From contig CAZCMP010000004.1 in assembly GCA_964500005.1 (NCBI GenBank), positions 97,816 to 161,815 of the forward strand: 64,000 bases of DNA, written 5' to 3'. This stretch comes from an uncultured Thermococci archaeon (lineage in GTDB: Archaea > Methanobacteriota_B > Thermococci > Methanofastidiosales > Methanofastidiosaceae). The notes below the pieces were generated by a model. That model saw only the letters and a list, made by a program, of their open reading frames with translations, searched no databases and had not been told where the DNA came from. A program made the translations under genes and the position numbers. Shown piece by piece: positions 17,419 to 28,971 of the stretch. How positions within the stretch are numbered: position 1 is the first letter of the stretch; each line of letters opens with the position of its first letter.

Positions 17419-18318
17419 TTATGGGAGTATCCTTTCAACGAGCCATTTTGGATCAAAAGGCTCTAGGTCGTCATAACCCTGGCCTGTCCCAATAAAAAGT
17501 ATCGGTTTTTCTGTGATGTAACTTATCGAAAGAGCAGCTCCGCCTCTGGCGTCGGCATCAACCTTAGTTAATATCGAGCCATCGAGCCCGATTTCAGAAA
17601 ACTTTGCCGCCTGCTCTGCCACAGCATTTCCTGCGAGGGAATCCCCAACAAATATCTTAAAGTCTGGGTTTGCCACCCTAACTAACTTCTTCATTTCATC
17701 CATCAAGTTTCTGTTCATCTCTGATCGGCCTGCGGTGTCTATAAGAACGACATCTATCCCTCTGGCCTTTGCATGGTTTATCGCATCAAACGCAACGGCC
17801 GCAGGGTCTGCCCCATAGCTATGCTTTATGACCTTTATCCCAACATTCTCAGCATGCAAAGAAAGCTGCTCAATTGAGCCAGCTCTGAATGTATCAGAAG
17901 CAGCAATAACAACCTTGTATCCTTTATCCTGCAATAATTTTCCAAATTTAGCGATAGTTGTCGTCTTTCCGGTGCCATTAAATCCAACAAAAGCGATAGA
18001 AAAGATTTCGCCGGCCTTTTTCTTTTTTTGTATCTCCTTGAAGATGTCATATTTTTTGAATTCAAGTATCTCGGTCAAAGTCTCTTCTACAGCCGCCCTT
18101 ACAAAATCTTTCTTCTTTGAGGTAAGCCCGATTTTTTCGCCAGAAAGTTTTTTCTTTAATTCGTTTACAATCTTCTCAGAAACCCTCATCGATACATCGC
18201 TTTCAAGGAGGGAAAGCTCAAAATCTTCCAAGATCTTATTTAAGTCTTTTTCAGTTATCTTCTTAGAACTAACGCCATCGACAAGGCCAGAAAATTTACT
18301 TTTTAGGGAGTCAAACAA
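17419..18318 (-). CDS. ftsY: SRP receptor FtsY
   Basis: GFNGTGKTTT, DTFRAG, DTAGR, TKVDADARGGAA, FIGTGQ. Confidence 0.97.
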   Translation of the reverse strand: MFDSLKSKFSGLVDGVSSKKITEKDLNKILEDFELSLLESDVSMRVSEKIVNELKKKLSGEKIGLTSKKKDFVRAAVEETLTEILEFKKYDIFKEIQKKKKAGEIFSIAFVGFNGTGKTTTIAKFGKLLQDKGYKVVIAASDTFRAGSIEQLSLHAENVGIKVIKHSYGADPAAVAFDAINHAKARGIDVVLIDTAGRSEMNRNLMDEMKKLVRVANPDFKIFVGDSLAGNAVAEQAAKFSEIGLDGSILTKVDADARGGAALSISYITEKPILFIGTGQGYDDLEPFDPKWLVERILP

Positions 18319-18328
18319 CAGTATCAAC

Positions 18329-19162
18329 TCATAAAAGAGACTTTATTATGTCAACATCTCTAACTATCCCTATTAGTCCCCCTTCGGCGTTGATGACTGG
18401 TATCTGCTCTATGTTATTCTTCTTCATCTCTTTTGCACACCTAGAAACTGGAGTCTTTCTTGAGACTGTTACAAGCTCCGTTGACATCACATCTTTTACA
18501 GGCTTTGTAGGTAGTGTGAGCTTCTTTGAGACTATGTGAAGTGCAGTTTTAGGCTCCCATGCCCAATCATCGCCCTCTCCAGAAATATTTAGCTCAGTTT
18601 TCTTAAGCTCATCTAAGAACTCCCCAGAGGACATTATATCTTGGGTATCGACAATCCCAACTATCCCACCATCGTTTCCTAGTACCATGAAGAAGTTTGA
18701 TTTGCTGTAAACCATTATCATGAGCGCTGAACTTAAAGGCGTATCCTGCCAGATGCAGGGGACTTCTTCCTTCATATAAGTATGACATGGCTCAGTTAAA
18801 TCGAGTTTTGATATACCGTTCATCACTATGTCCCTAACAGCAACGACACCCATGAGCTTTCCGTCAGAGATGACCGGGACCCTTGTTAGGCCATTATCAA
18901 TAAGAATTTTAGCAACTTTTTTAATTGTGTCCCCTTCTTTAACAGATTTAAACTTTCTACCCATTACCAAGGCAATTTGATCTTCACCGGGATTTTTAAT
19001 GATGTCTTCTAATGAAATGATACCAACAAGCTCTTTTTCCTTGTTTATTACTGGTAAATCTGGCTTCTTGTATTTTTGCATCTTTTCAAGGGCCTCGTTT
19101 ACTGTTGCTGGTATGGTGACTGAGATTACATCTTTAACCATTACTTCATCTACTTTTACCAT
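18329..19162 (-). CDS. CBS domain protein (four CBS domains)
   Basis: Repeated VMxxDV/LPV/GIIS motifs. Confidence 0.9.
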   Translation of the reverse strand: MVKVDEVMVKDVISVTIPATVNEALEKMQKYKKPDLPVINKEKELVGIISLEDIIKNPGEDQIALVMGRKFKSVKEGDTIKKVAKILIDNGLTRVPVISDGKLMGVVAVRDIVMNGISKLDLTEPCHTYMKEEVPCIWQDTPLSSALMIMVYSKSNFFMVLGNDGGIVGIVDTQDIMSSGEFLDELKKTELNISGEGDDWAWEPKTALHIVSKKLTLPTKPVKDVMSTELVTVSRKTPVSRCAKEMKKNNIEQIPVINAEGGLIGIVRDVDIIKSLL

Positions 19163-19319
19163 AATATCACGAAACAATTTAGTTGGCAGAACGTGCTTTA
19201 AGACAAAGAAGGATTTATAAAGCTTTTTATTTTCTAAATTTGGCCGAATCTTAATAATTCGAGAGATTTTATAATTTTTTACCTAAGAATTTATTAACTG
19301 GATAACAAAATTAAGATTA

Positions 19320-19649
19320 ATGGGATGGAAAGAAAAAAAAGCTGTAAGAAAGAAGGTTGCATCCGATAGGATAAGAGAACTCCTAAATTTCTCAGAGTTA
19401 CACAAAGATGATGAAATCCTATCAAGAAACTCTATAAAGACCGCCATGGCAATCTCAAGGCGCCATAAGATTAGAATCAAGTCCATCTACAAGAGAAGAT
19501 TCTGTAAGAAATGTTACACTCTTTTTATTCCAGATAAAACAGTTAGAGTTAGAATAGGAAAAGGAAAAGTTACCTTTACCTGTTTGAACTGTGGGAATAT
19601 AAAGAGGATACCCTACACAAAAGAAAAAATGGCTAAAAATAATTTATAA
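19320..19649 (+). CDS. rnp4: RNase P protein component 4 (Rpp21)
   Basis: KRRFCKKCYTLFIP...TCLNCG..KRIP. Confidence 0.92.
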   Translation: MGWKEKKAVRKKVASDRIRELLNFSELHKDDEILSRNSIKTAMAISRRHKIRIKSIYKRRFCKKCYTLFIPDKTVRVRIGKGKVTFTCLNCGNIKRIPYTKEKMAKNNL

Positions 19650-19657
19650 AAAATAGA

Positions 19658-21178
19658 TTATAGAGAAAGCTCGCCCTCTACGATGTCAAATATCACCTTT
19701 TCAACACCGATTGGGGTTCCGTCTAGGACTTGAAGCCCGTTGTCTATCTTCTTTTCTTTGTCTGCATAAAGGGTGAACAAATCCTGGCCCTTTGTCACCT
19801 TTTCCCCCTTCTCAACGTGGAAGAGGAGCCCTGCTCCTTTGTCATCCGGCGCACCGCATGCCCTAGCTATCATATTTATCATTCTTGTGTCCATGAAGTC
19901 TATTCTTCCTTCAAACTCAGATTTAACAGTGTGCTTGTAAGCTCCAACAGGTATTTCTTCAGGTGTAATCTTGGGGTTTCCTCCCTGCTCGGAAATAATC
20001 TCCCTAAACTTAGACAAAGCCTTACCGCTGTCAATCATCTGCTCTGCAATCTCTCTTCCTCTGCCACGCTGTGCTTTGCCTCCCATCTCGAAAAGAAGCC
20101 CAGCTATCTCACATGACTTGTCCCTTAGATCTTGAGGCCCTTTGCCCCCCAATACATTCAAGACATCAATTGCCTCAAGCGCTGGCCCTATTCCTCTCCC
20201 TATAGGTTTTCCACCGTAAGTTATCATGCATTTTACTTCCATATCAAGCCTCTCGCCAAGTGTGATGAAATCTCTTGCAAGTTTCTTTGCAACGTTAGGG
20301 TCTTTAACCTTGGCGTTTTTGCCTACAGGGATATCTATGACTACCTTCTCTGAACCGGAAGCTTTTTTCTTTGCAAGTATGCTGGCAAGTAGAAGTGACT
20401 GTGGGTCTAATCCAAGAGGATTTCTAATTTTTATCAATTTGTCATCGGCTATTGCCAAATCGACACCGCCGCCCCATACTATGCAGCATCCAATCTTATT
20501 GACTATTTTTTCAATTTCATCCTTGTGAAAGCTTACATTGCATAATAGCTCCATCGTGTCTGTAGTTCCAGCGGCACTTGAAATTGCCCTAGATGATGTT
20601 TTGGGTATGGTCAATCCTGCAGCACCTAGGATAGGGACTATTACCATAGTTGTTCTATTTCCAGGGACACCACCTATGCAGTGCTTGTCATAGATAGGCT
20701 TTCTTGAAATATTAAGTGTCTGGCCTGTGTTGACCATACTATTAATTAGATTGATTACCTCTTCACTGGAAAGTCCTCTTGTGTATATTGCAGATACAAA
20801 AGCAGAAAGCTCGACATCGCTCAATCTGTTCTCAACTGTGTCTTGTATTATATCGTATATCTCATCTTTAGATAGGGTGTTCCCATCCAGTTTCTTTTTT
20901 ATAAAGTGAACAGAATCTGGAGGTGGAGCAATAGTTACCTCTGCATCAAGGCTACACGCCATGTTTAATTTACTACACAGATATTCGTAAAGTCCAACTT
21001 CGCCTTTTTTAACGAACTTCTCTGTTAGATCAACTACAGCAACAAACTCTTTTTCCCCAACTTTAACATTTACTCTGCCAAGCCTTCTCACTCCAATAAA
21101 CTTTGCATCGTCCTTGTGCATCAGGACAAGCGGGTAGTCTGTCGCTTCAATATCAAGAGTTTTGACCTTTAATAACAA
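19658..21178 (-). CDS. AMP phosphorylase (archaeal thymidine phosphorylase family)
   Basis: N-terminal double-psi domain; DKHCIGGVPGNRT, IPKTSSRAISSAAGT, SILAKK. Confidence 0.92.
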   Translation of the reverse strand: MLLKVKTLDIEATDYPLVLMHKDDAKFIGVRRLGRVNVKVGEKEFVAVVDLTEKFVKKGEVGLYEYLCSKLNMACSLDAEVTIAPPPDSVHFIKKKLDGNTLSKDEIYDIIQDTVENRLSDVELSAFVSAIYTRGLSSEEVINLINSMVNTGQTLNISRKPIYDKHCIGGVPGNRTTMVIVPILGAAGLTIPKTSSRAISSAAGTTDTMELLCNVSFHKDEIEKIVNKIGCCIVWGGGVDLAIADDKLIKIRNPLGLDPQSLLLASILAKKKASGSEKVVIDIPVGKNAKVKDPNVAKKLARDFITLGERLDMEVKCMITYGGKPIGRGIGPALEAIDVLNVLGGKGPQDLRDKSCEIAGLLFEMGGKAQRGRGREIAEQMIDSGKALSKFREIISEQGGNPKITPEEIPVGAYKHTVKSEFEGRIDFMDTRMINMIARACGAPDDKGAGLLFHVEKGEKVTKGQDLFTLYADKEKKIDNGLQVLDGTPIGVEKVIFDIVEGELSL

Positions 21179-21249
21179 TTTAATCCCTCTAATAAAAAGA
21201 ATAATTAAGGGTATTTATAATTACCCCAAACAGATAACTAATATATTGT

Positions 21250-22527
<1,278 letters not shown>

Positions 22528-22576
22528 CTAAGAAAGACTTATAAATAATTGTATTGGCGTTGGTATAGGTGTATTA

Positions 22577-23812
22577 ATGAAAAAGTACATTTTTATGGTT
22601 ATTTTAGCGGCAATGCTACTCCTTTCTTCAGGCTGCGCAGTTCAAAAAACGGCCGAGGTAGGAGATACGGTAAAGGTTGATTATATTTTAAAGCTCCAAG
22701 ATGGAACTGTTTATGATACCTCTATCCTTCAAGAAGCACAAAATGCCGGAATTTACAATCAAGATAGGATCTATGAGCCCCTAACAGTGAAAATAGGGGA
22801 AGGATCAACTATCCCTGGATTTGAAAATGGGTTAATAGGTATGAAGGAGGGGGAAACAAAGATGATTAGTATACCTCCTGAACAGGCCTATGGCCCAGAA
22901 GATCCAAGCTTAAAATTTATTCAGAATAAAATTTTAGAAGAAGTGCCAAAAATACAGGAAATATCAAGGTTTGAAGAAATTGAAAGGACTTTCCAGGCAA
23001 CTATAAGCTCATTTGTCAATAGGTACGGGCAACAGCCAACAGTTGGAATGGTTGTTGAATTAACTGACTGGCCCGGACAGGTAGTTCAAGTTACTTCAAC
23101 TGATGTTATTATAGAACATAAACCTGAAGTTGGTAAAAAAATAACTAATGAAGTTACCACAATCACTGTGACAGAGATTAAACCTTCTACAATAGTCTTA
23201 AGGTACGACCCTGAGATTGGGGATACCATACCCACAGAAATTGGAAATTTGTCTGTACTTGAAGTTACAGATGAAACAATGAAGGTAGAGGCTATGCCAC
23301 AGAAACAGATAGACACAATATTTGGCGTTGCAAATATTGTTGAATCTGGGGACAAGTATGTAATAAGGGTAGACCCAAAATTGGGCGACAGCGTAATATT
23401 CCAAAACGATATAGGTCAAGTAGTTGAAGTGACAGCAGATAGTTTCGTTATTGATTTCAATCACCCTCTAGCGGGGGAAACTCTATACTTTACAGTAACA
23501 GCTGTGGTCATTGATAAAGGCCAGGAAACTGGATTTTTTGAAGAATACAGACTCTTCATACTTGGAAGCCTTCTCATATTAGTATTTGCAGCAGCTTACA
23601 TATTCATGACAAAATTCTACTCCAAAGAAGACAGGGAAAAGAAGAAGGAAAAGATTACAAAGAAGACTAAGGAAGTTAAAGAAGAGATGGACGGCGAACT
23701 GAAAGGTCTAGCATCCACAGTTGAAGATGTCCAAAAAGAGCTTGATACTAAAAAAGAGACAAAGACCAAACCAAAGGCAAAGAAAAAGAGCTCAAAGAAG
23801 AAGAAAGAGTGA
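22577..23812 (+). CDS. FKBP-type (SlyD-like) peptidyl-prolyl isomerase lipoprotein with expanded insert and C-terminal TM
   Basis: Lipobox LSSGC; GDTVKVDY, IPGFENGL, PPEQAYG, DFNHPLAGETLYF. Confidence 0.88.
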   Translation: MKKYIFMVILAAMLLLSSGCAVQKTAEVGDTVKVDYILKLQDGTVYDTSILQEAQNAGIYNQDRIYEPLTVKIGEGSTIPGFENGLIGMKEGETKMISIPPEQAYGPEDPSLKFIQNKILEEVPKIQEISRFEEIERTFQATISSFVNRYGQQPTVGMVVELTDWPGQVVQVTSTDVIIEHKPEVGKKITNEVTTITVTEIKPSTIVLRYDPEIGDTIPTEIGNLSVLEVTDETMKVEAMPQKQIDTIFGVANIVESGDKYVIRVDPKLGDSVIFQNDIGQVVEVTADSFVIDFNHPLAGETLYFTVTAVVIDKGQETGFFEEYRLFILGSLLILVFAAAYIFMTKFYSKEDREKKKEKITKKTKEVKEEMDGELKGLASTVEDVQKELDTKKETKTKPKAKKKSSKKKKE

Positions 23813-23836
23813 TACATTTTAAGGTGAAAATCTAAA

Positions 23837-24835
23837 ATGAAATCTAATAAAAAATTTTTATTTTTAATATTTGCTATTTTTGTTCTTATTACTTCATCAA
23901 TCGGTTGTAGTTTTGACCTAGACGATATGGGGATTACTACTGAAAAGAGTGGAGTTACAAGTAGCGATGAGGTAGACATACTAAAATCGAAACTCTCGGC
24001 TTACGAATCCCAAGAAAAACTAGAGAATGCAGAAATCCAAATGTTAAGGGAAGAGCTTGATAAGATAAAGGCTGAAAACATCCCTATCAGTGGTAACATC
24101 GCTGTCGTCAGGATTTTTGGTATAATTGACCAAGAAGATGTCTTGCCAATAACTGCAGAATTACGAAAGCTTTCTGAGGACGGAGATGTCGGAGGAATTG
24201 TTCTGTGGATTGATAGCTATGGAGGTGGAGTATCACCAGTAACAGAGATCTATGAAGAAATTTATAGGTTAAATATAAGAAAACCTGTAGTTGCATATGT
24301 TGGTGGAGTCGCTGCTTCAGGAGGGTACTATTTAGCTGTTGGGTGCGACAGAATAGTGGTAAAACCTGACGCTACCTTGGGCAGCATCGGCGTAATATAC
24401 GTCCATGAGGACCTAACTGAATACTTCAAAATGTTTGGTATAAAAGTAGAGGTAATAAAAACTGGAGAAGACAAAGACCTTGGCGCTTCATGGAGGCCAT
24501 TAACAGACGAGGATAGAGAGATTATCAGAAATATGATAAATGAAGATTTCGATAAATTTGTCTATGTTGTTTCTAGAGGAAGAAACTTATCAACTGAAGA
24601 GGTCTTAAAATACGCGGATGGAAATGTTTGGAGTGGTACACAGGCGGTTTCTTATAAATTTGCAGATAGGGTCGGGAATCTTGATACGGCTATAGAGGAA
24701 GTGAAAGTTATTTCAGGATTAAGGAGCCCAAAAGTTTCATTCTACCAGATTGCAGACGATGGCAGTGTTTCAGATATGAGCTATGAATCCATGAGATACC
24801 AGTATGAGCCATCTATAAGTATTCAAAAGAAGTAA
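23837..24835 (+). CDS. sppA: Signal peptide peptidase SppA (S49)
   Basis: IDSYGGG, AASGGYY, GSIGV, KTGEDKD. Confidence 0.9.
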   Translation: MKSNKKFLFLIFAIFVLITSSIGCSFDLDDMGITTEKSGVTSSDEVDILKSKLSAYESQEKLENAEIQMLREELDKIKAENIPISGNIAVVRIFGIIDQEDVLPITAELRKLSEDGDVGGIVLWIDSYGGGVSPVTEIYEEIYRLNIRKPVVAYVGGVAASGGYYLAVGCDRIVVKPDATLGSIGVIYVHEDLTEYFKMFGIKVEVIKTGEDKDLGASWRPLTDEDREIIRNMINEDFDKFVYVVSRGRNLSTEEVLKYADGNVWSGTQAVSYKFADRVGNLDTAIEEVKVISGLRSPKVSFYQIADDGSVSDMSYESMRYQYEPSISIQKK

Positions 24836-25583
24836 ATCTTTTTTCAAAGAAATCCTTATCGACAACTAAGACTCTTTTGTCTGTGATAATATCATCGATG
24901 TACCCCTTCCAGTATACAACAATGCCCGGACCAAAGAGAGAGATATAATGCTTTAACTGTTTGTTATAGTCCTGCTTAAACTCTATGTAGTCACAGAAAC
25001 TAGCCTTGCTCTCAAACCAAAATACTTTTCTGCCCCGTATTTTGATTGGTTTTTTTAGGAGGAAATCTGGGGTCTTGCCTGAACCTAATTTTCTTAAATC
25101 ATCTTCTCGTAGGAAATGAATCTCTTTTTTATCAAGATACTCCTTTAGCATCTCTTCCCCATTTTTACCGTTCTCTCTTTGAATCTTAGAAGATTCCGGA
25201 GAGTATGCTATGTCCACCTCGATTGCCTTTTTGATTTCATTTTTAATTCTTTCATCTTCAATTGATTCAGGGTTAATTAGAATACTTCTGATATCCTTCT
25301 TGTTGTAGCCTTTTTCCTTTAGGATCATAGTTGAGATTAATATGGCTGAAAAGGATAGTTTAGAGGATATATCAAAAAAAGTGAGGCCTTTGTCCCATAG
25401 TCTCACAAGCTCTTGGACTCTATTCATTATGGGGTAATAGTCCTTTTTGACATTTCTAACGGTCTTTTGGGACAGTATCGAAAGTAGAATGTCCTCTTCA
25501 ATCCCATATTTTTTAGATAGCTCAGGGACATCGTCTCTTGTTTTTATGGATTTGTATATTTCCATGAACACTTGTTTTCTCAT
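24813..25583 (-). CDS. TPD-motif (CDIN1/C15orf41-like) putative nuclease
   Basis: KTPDFLL...WFESKASF...QLKHYISLFGPGIVVYWKG. Confidence 0.8.
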   Translation of the reverse strand: MRKQVFMEIYKSIKTRDDVPELSKKYGIEEDILLSILSQKTVRNVKKDYYPIMNRVQELVRLWDKGLTFFDISSKLSFSAILISTMILKEKGYNKKDIRSILINPESIEDERIKNEIKKAIEVDIAYSPESSKIQRENGKNGEEMLKEYLDKKEIHFLREDDLRKLGSGKTPDFLLKKPIKIRGRKVFWFESKASFCDYIEFKQDYNKQLKHYISLFGPGIVVYWKGYIDDIITDKRVLVVDKDFFEKRFTSFEYL

Positions 25584-25643
25584 CTGAACACTTTATTGCA
25601 AGATGTAGGAACGCTTTTAAATATTTTCTATACTTTGATGATT

Positions 25644-26882
25644 ATGGATAATAAAGAGTTCTATGAATTCAAGAAGCAGCTTAAATTCCTGTCAAAAATA
25701 AGGGGGAGGCATACGGAACTTGTTTCTGTTTACATACCGGCAGGATATGAAATTTCAAAGGTAGCTGCACAGATTAAAGATGAGCAGGGGACCGCGACAA
25801 ACATTAAATCAAAAGGGACTAGAAAGAACGTTCTCTCTGCACTAGAAAGGGTGATGCAACATTTGCGGTTGTATAAATTGACACCGCCTAACGGGCTCAT
25901 CATCTTTTCAGGCAACATCTCAGAGGATGAAGGCAATCCAAAGATAGAACTCTTTACACTTAATCCTCCTGAGCCAATATCTGTCAGGATTTACAGGTGC
26001 GACCAGCAGTTCGTTCTTGACCCACTTCTTGAAATGATTGAGGACAAGAGGGTCTTTGGCCTAATTATTGTTGAGAGAGGGGAAGCCAGTATAGGCCTTC
26101 TAAGGGGTAAGAAGGTAGAATTACTTAAACATTTGACATCAAGAGTTCCAGGAAAGTTCAGGGCTGGAGGTCAGTCTTCGGTCAGGTTTGCACGATTAAG
26201 AGAAATTGCTGCTGATGATTTCAAGGATACAGTTGGTAAAACTGCAAATGAAATCTTCCTTGCACAGGTAAATCTAGAAGGCATTCTAATTGGTGGAGGG
26301 GGTTATACCAAATATGAATTTGAAGAAGGAGAGTACTTACACCACGAACTTAGGAAGAAAATATTGGGGGTTGTGGACACCGCTTATACAGAGCTCTTTG
26401 GATTGAACGAACTTGTGGACAAGGGTTCAAAAATCCTAGAAAATCTAGATATCACAAAGGAGAAAGATATTGTAACAAGATTCCTTAAGGAATTAATAAA
26501 AGATGACAGCCTTGCAGCTTATGGGGAAAAGGAAGTCAGGAAATATTTAGACGCTGGCGCCGTAGAACTACTGCTTTTATCAGAGGGATTAAATAAAAAC
26601 AGGGTTAAGATAAAATGCTCATCATGTGGTAACCAGACAGAAAAGACAACTACAGATGACGATTTATTCAAATTAGAACAGGAGATTTCTAGCATCCAGT
26701 GCGAAAATTGTGGAAATTTAAGTTTAAACCTTGAAGAAAAAATAGATCTTCTAGAAGAGTTGGCAGATCTGGCTCAAGAAGGTAGCACCAACGTAGAAGT
26801 AATCTCTACAGAAACAGAAGAAGGTAACCAGCTATTAAAGGCATTCGGCGGTATTGCTGCAATTATCAGATACAGGCTCTAG
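25644..26882 (+). CDS. prf1: Peptide chain release factor aRF1
   Basis: TELVSVYIP, NIKS, YRCDQQF, GGQS; Zn-ribbon insert in the C domain. Confidence 0.97.
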   Translation: MDNKEFYEFKKQLKFLSKIRGRHTELVSVYIPAGYEISKVAAQIKDEQGTATNIKSKGTRKNVLSALERVMQHLRLYKLTPPNGLIIFSGNISEDEGNPKIELFTLNPPEPISVRIYRCDQQFVLDPLLEMIEDKRVFGLIIVERGEASIGLLRGKKVELLKHLTSRVPGKFRAGGQSSVRFARLREIAADDFKDTVGKTANEIFLAQVNLEGILIGGGGYTKYEFEEGEYLHHELRKKILGVVDTAYTELFGLNELVDKGSKILENLDITKEKDIVTRFLKELIKDDSLAAYGEKEVRKYLDAGAVELLLLSEGLNKNRVKIKCSSCGNQTEKTTTDDDLFKLEQEISSIQCENCGNLSLNLEEKIDLLEELADLAQEGSTNVEVISTETEEGNQLLKAFGGIAAIIRYRL

Positions 26883-26883
26883 A

Positions 26884-27591
26884 TTATAGCAGCCTTAGTC
26901 CCTCTAGTAACTCCTCAAGAGTTTCTATAGGGGATAAGATAAGGGGTATTTTCTGTATTTCGGCCAACTGCACAGCAATTTCATCTATTTTTTTTGCTCC
27001 GTGTAAAACTACTAGGGAAGGGATTATGCCCTGTACTTTAATTGCAATCATTGGGGATCTTCCAGTTGATACCTTTGTAAATATCAAAGCCCTCTCCGAA
27101 GAAAGTCCATAAAGCTTTAGAAATTCTTCTGAATTCAAATTAAGAATGGCCTTAATGCTATCAATAACTGTATATCCGTGAATTTCCTTACTTAAGTACT
27201 CTTCATTTACCAGTATCTCGCCATCGACCGCATCAATAAGTTTTGTTGGCGGTATTGGAACTGGGAACTCTTTGAGATCCAGAACAACGTCGCTTATTAC
27301 ATCCTTAGTAAATCTGTGGCTAAAGGAATGGATTATCTTTCCGCCTCTTTTTATATCAATATCAATTAAGCTTTCAACGACTTTCCTAATTGTGGAAGAG
27401 CCAGGAGATTTCCTCCTACCTCCCTCATAATCACTTACAACAGAAGGAGATATAGAAAGATGGTGGGCCAAATCAGTTTGAGATATGCCAAAAATTTCTC
27501 GCCATTTCCTTAATGTCTGGCCAGGATCATCTGATAAAACAACCTCCCCCGCTATCATCTTAGCAAGTTGTTCTTTTGCATCTTCAAACAT
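26884..27591 (-). CDS. Cro/XRE HTH + DRTGG-like conserved archaeal regulator
   Basis: LRKWREIFGISQTDLA..ISPSVVSDYEGGRRKSPG; GYTVIDS; STGRSPMIAIK. Confidence 0.85.
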   Translation of the reverse strand: MFEDAKEQLAKMIAGEVVLSDDPGQTLRKWREIFGISQTDLAHHLSISPSVVSDYEGGRRKSPGSSTIRKVVESLIDIDIKRGGKIIHSFSHRFTKDVISDVVLDLKEFPVPIPPTKLIDAVDGEILVNEEYLSKEIHGYTVIDSIKAILNLNSEEFLKLYGLSSERALIFTKVSTGRSPMIAIKVQGIIPSLVVLHGAKKIDEIAVQLAEIQKIPLILSPIETLEELLEGLRLL

Positions 27592-27675
27592 ATAGTTAAA
27601 TAACGAATACAAATATATAAAATTTTCGTTGAAAAGCGGAGAAAATAATAAAAATAGAAGCCAATAATTACATAT

Positions 27676-28719
27676 ATGTCGAATGTCTACTTTGTTCCAT
27701 GGAAAGAAGACTCCGATATGGTTGGTAAGTTTCGGAGGATTCTTAGGAAAAGCAATATTCTAGAAGAGATCTCTAAAGAAGATAGAGTTGCAATTAAACT
27801 ACACGTTGGCGAATATAAAAATCCGGCTCATGTGCATCCCCTCTACATCAAAGAGTTAGTCTCTGGACTTCTAGAGAAGGGATGTGAACCTTTTCTTACA
27901 GATACTACGACTTATTATTGTGGTAACAGATTTTCTGCTGTGGGTATGCTAAAGAATGCATTTTATCACGGTTTTTCTCTTGCAAATATTGGGGCGCCTT
28001 TCATTGTTGCAGATGGCCTAGGGGATAATGAAGGCTTTTCTGTCAAAGTTAGAAGCCCTTTAAACGAAGTAGTCGTACCAACTCTTTTCAAAGAAGTTGA
28101 CAAGATGATAGTTTTTAGTCATTGCAAGGGGCATGCACTGACCTCATTTGGGGGGTCAATAAAAAATGTTGCGATGGGATGTGTAACAAAAAAGTCAAAA
28201 CTTGCTATGCATAAGTTTGTTAATTTCTGCTATGATGATTCCCTTTGTGATGGATGCAACGCTTGTAAAGAAGCTTGTGATAGGGAGATACCTGTAATAA
28301 AAAATGGTAAAAGAGTTCTTTCTCTTGAAAAAAAAGAAGATTGTATGCACTGCCCCTCGTGCATGGAAGCTTGTACGCGGGGTGCAATAAAATTATCAGA
28401 GCGTGAGAGGCTAGAACAGGTACTCCCAATAGCAGTTGAAGGGTTATTCAAAGTATTAGGCAAGGAAAATGTGGCATCAATCAACTGGGGTGCAAATATC
28501 GTAGAGTATTGTGACTGCATGCCATATCCGGGTAAGGTAATTAGAGACAATACAGGGATATATATCTCAAAAGATATTGTTGCTGTTGACAAGGCCTTCC
28601 TTGATGATGCCAAAAAGGATACTTTTATGTTTGATGAAAGGCCTAATCCAGAGATTCAAACAATTGAAGGAGAAAAGATCGGCATAGGAAAAATGGAGTA
28701 CGAAAAAGTAACATTATAG
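27676..28719 (+). CDS. DUF362 domain Fe-S protein with ferredoxin insert
   Basis: VAIKLHVGE, SHCKGH...GGSIKNVAMG, CDGCNAC..C, CMHCPSC..AC, DIVAVD. Confidence 0.88.
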   Translation: MSNVYFVPWKEDSDMVGKFRRILRKSNILEEISKEDRVAIKLHVGEYKNPAHVHPLYIKELVSGLLEKGCEPFLTDTTTYYCGNRFSAVGMLKNAFYHGFSLANIGAPFIVADGLGDNEGFSVKVRSPLNEVVVPTLFKEVDKMIVFSHCKGHALTSFGGSIKNVAMGCVTKKSKLAMHKFVNFCYDDSLCDGCNACKEACDREIPVIKNGKRVLSLEKKEDCMHCPSCMEACTRGAIKLSERERLEQVLPIAVEGLFKVLGKENVASINWGANIVEYCDCMPYPGKVIRDNTGIYISKDIVAVDKAFLDDAKKDTFMFDERPNPEIQTIEGEKIGIGKMEYEKVTL

Positions 28720-28734
28720 TTAAAATATAATTCT

Positions 28735-28949
28735 AAAAGTGTTGGGAATCCCCTCCATTAGGCCATTTTCAGGAAGAGAGGAGGGGATTCTTTGGGTACT
28801 TCTTTCGTCTTTCGAGCAGAATCGCATGCATTTCCACCGTCAAAACTTGGAAGACCCTTTGTCCTTGCCATGGAGCGCATGCATTTCCAAGACAATAGAC
28901 AATCTTGTTCATTGATGACTTGTGACAGTTGTTGCCAGCAACTATCACT
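28735..28949 (-). ncRNA. Candidate structured non-coding RNA (~210 nt) of unknown family
   Basis: Upstream BRE/TATA, 5' 10-bp hairpin at the predicted TSS, internal 14-nt direct repeat, 11-bp 3' stem, T-run. Confidence 0.55.
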
Positions 28950-28971
28950 AGTAATAAATTATGATAACAAC

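Noticed and set aside
26620-26720. Zn-ribbon (CSSC...CENC) insertion in aRF1
   Set aside because: Such a mini-domain is already known in several archaeal aRF1 proteins.
28735-28949. Assignment as a cobalamin or fluoride riboswitch, SRP RNA or RNase P RNA
   Set aside because: The core consensus motifs of these families are not visible, and no downstream same-strand gene exists for a riboswitch to control.
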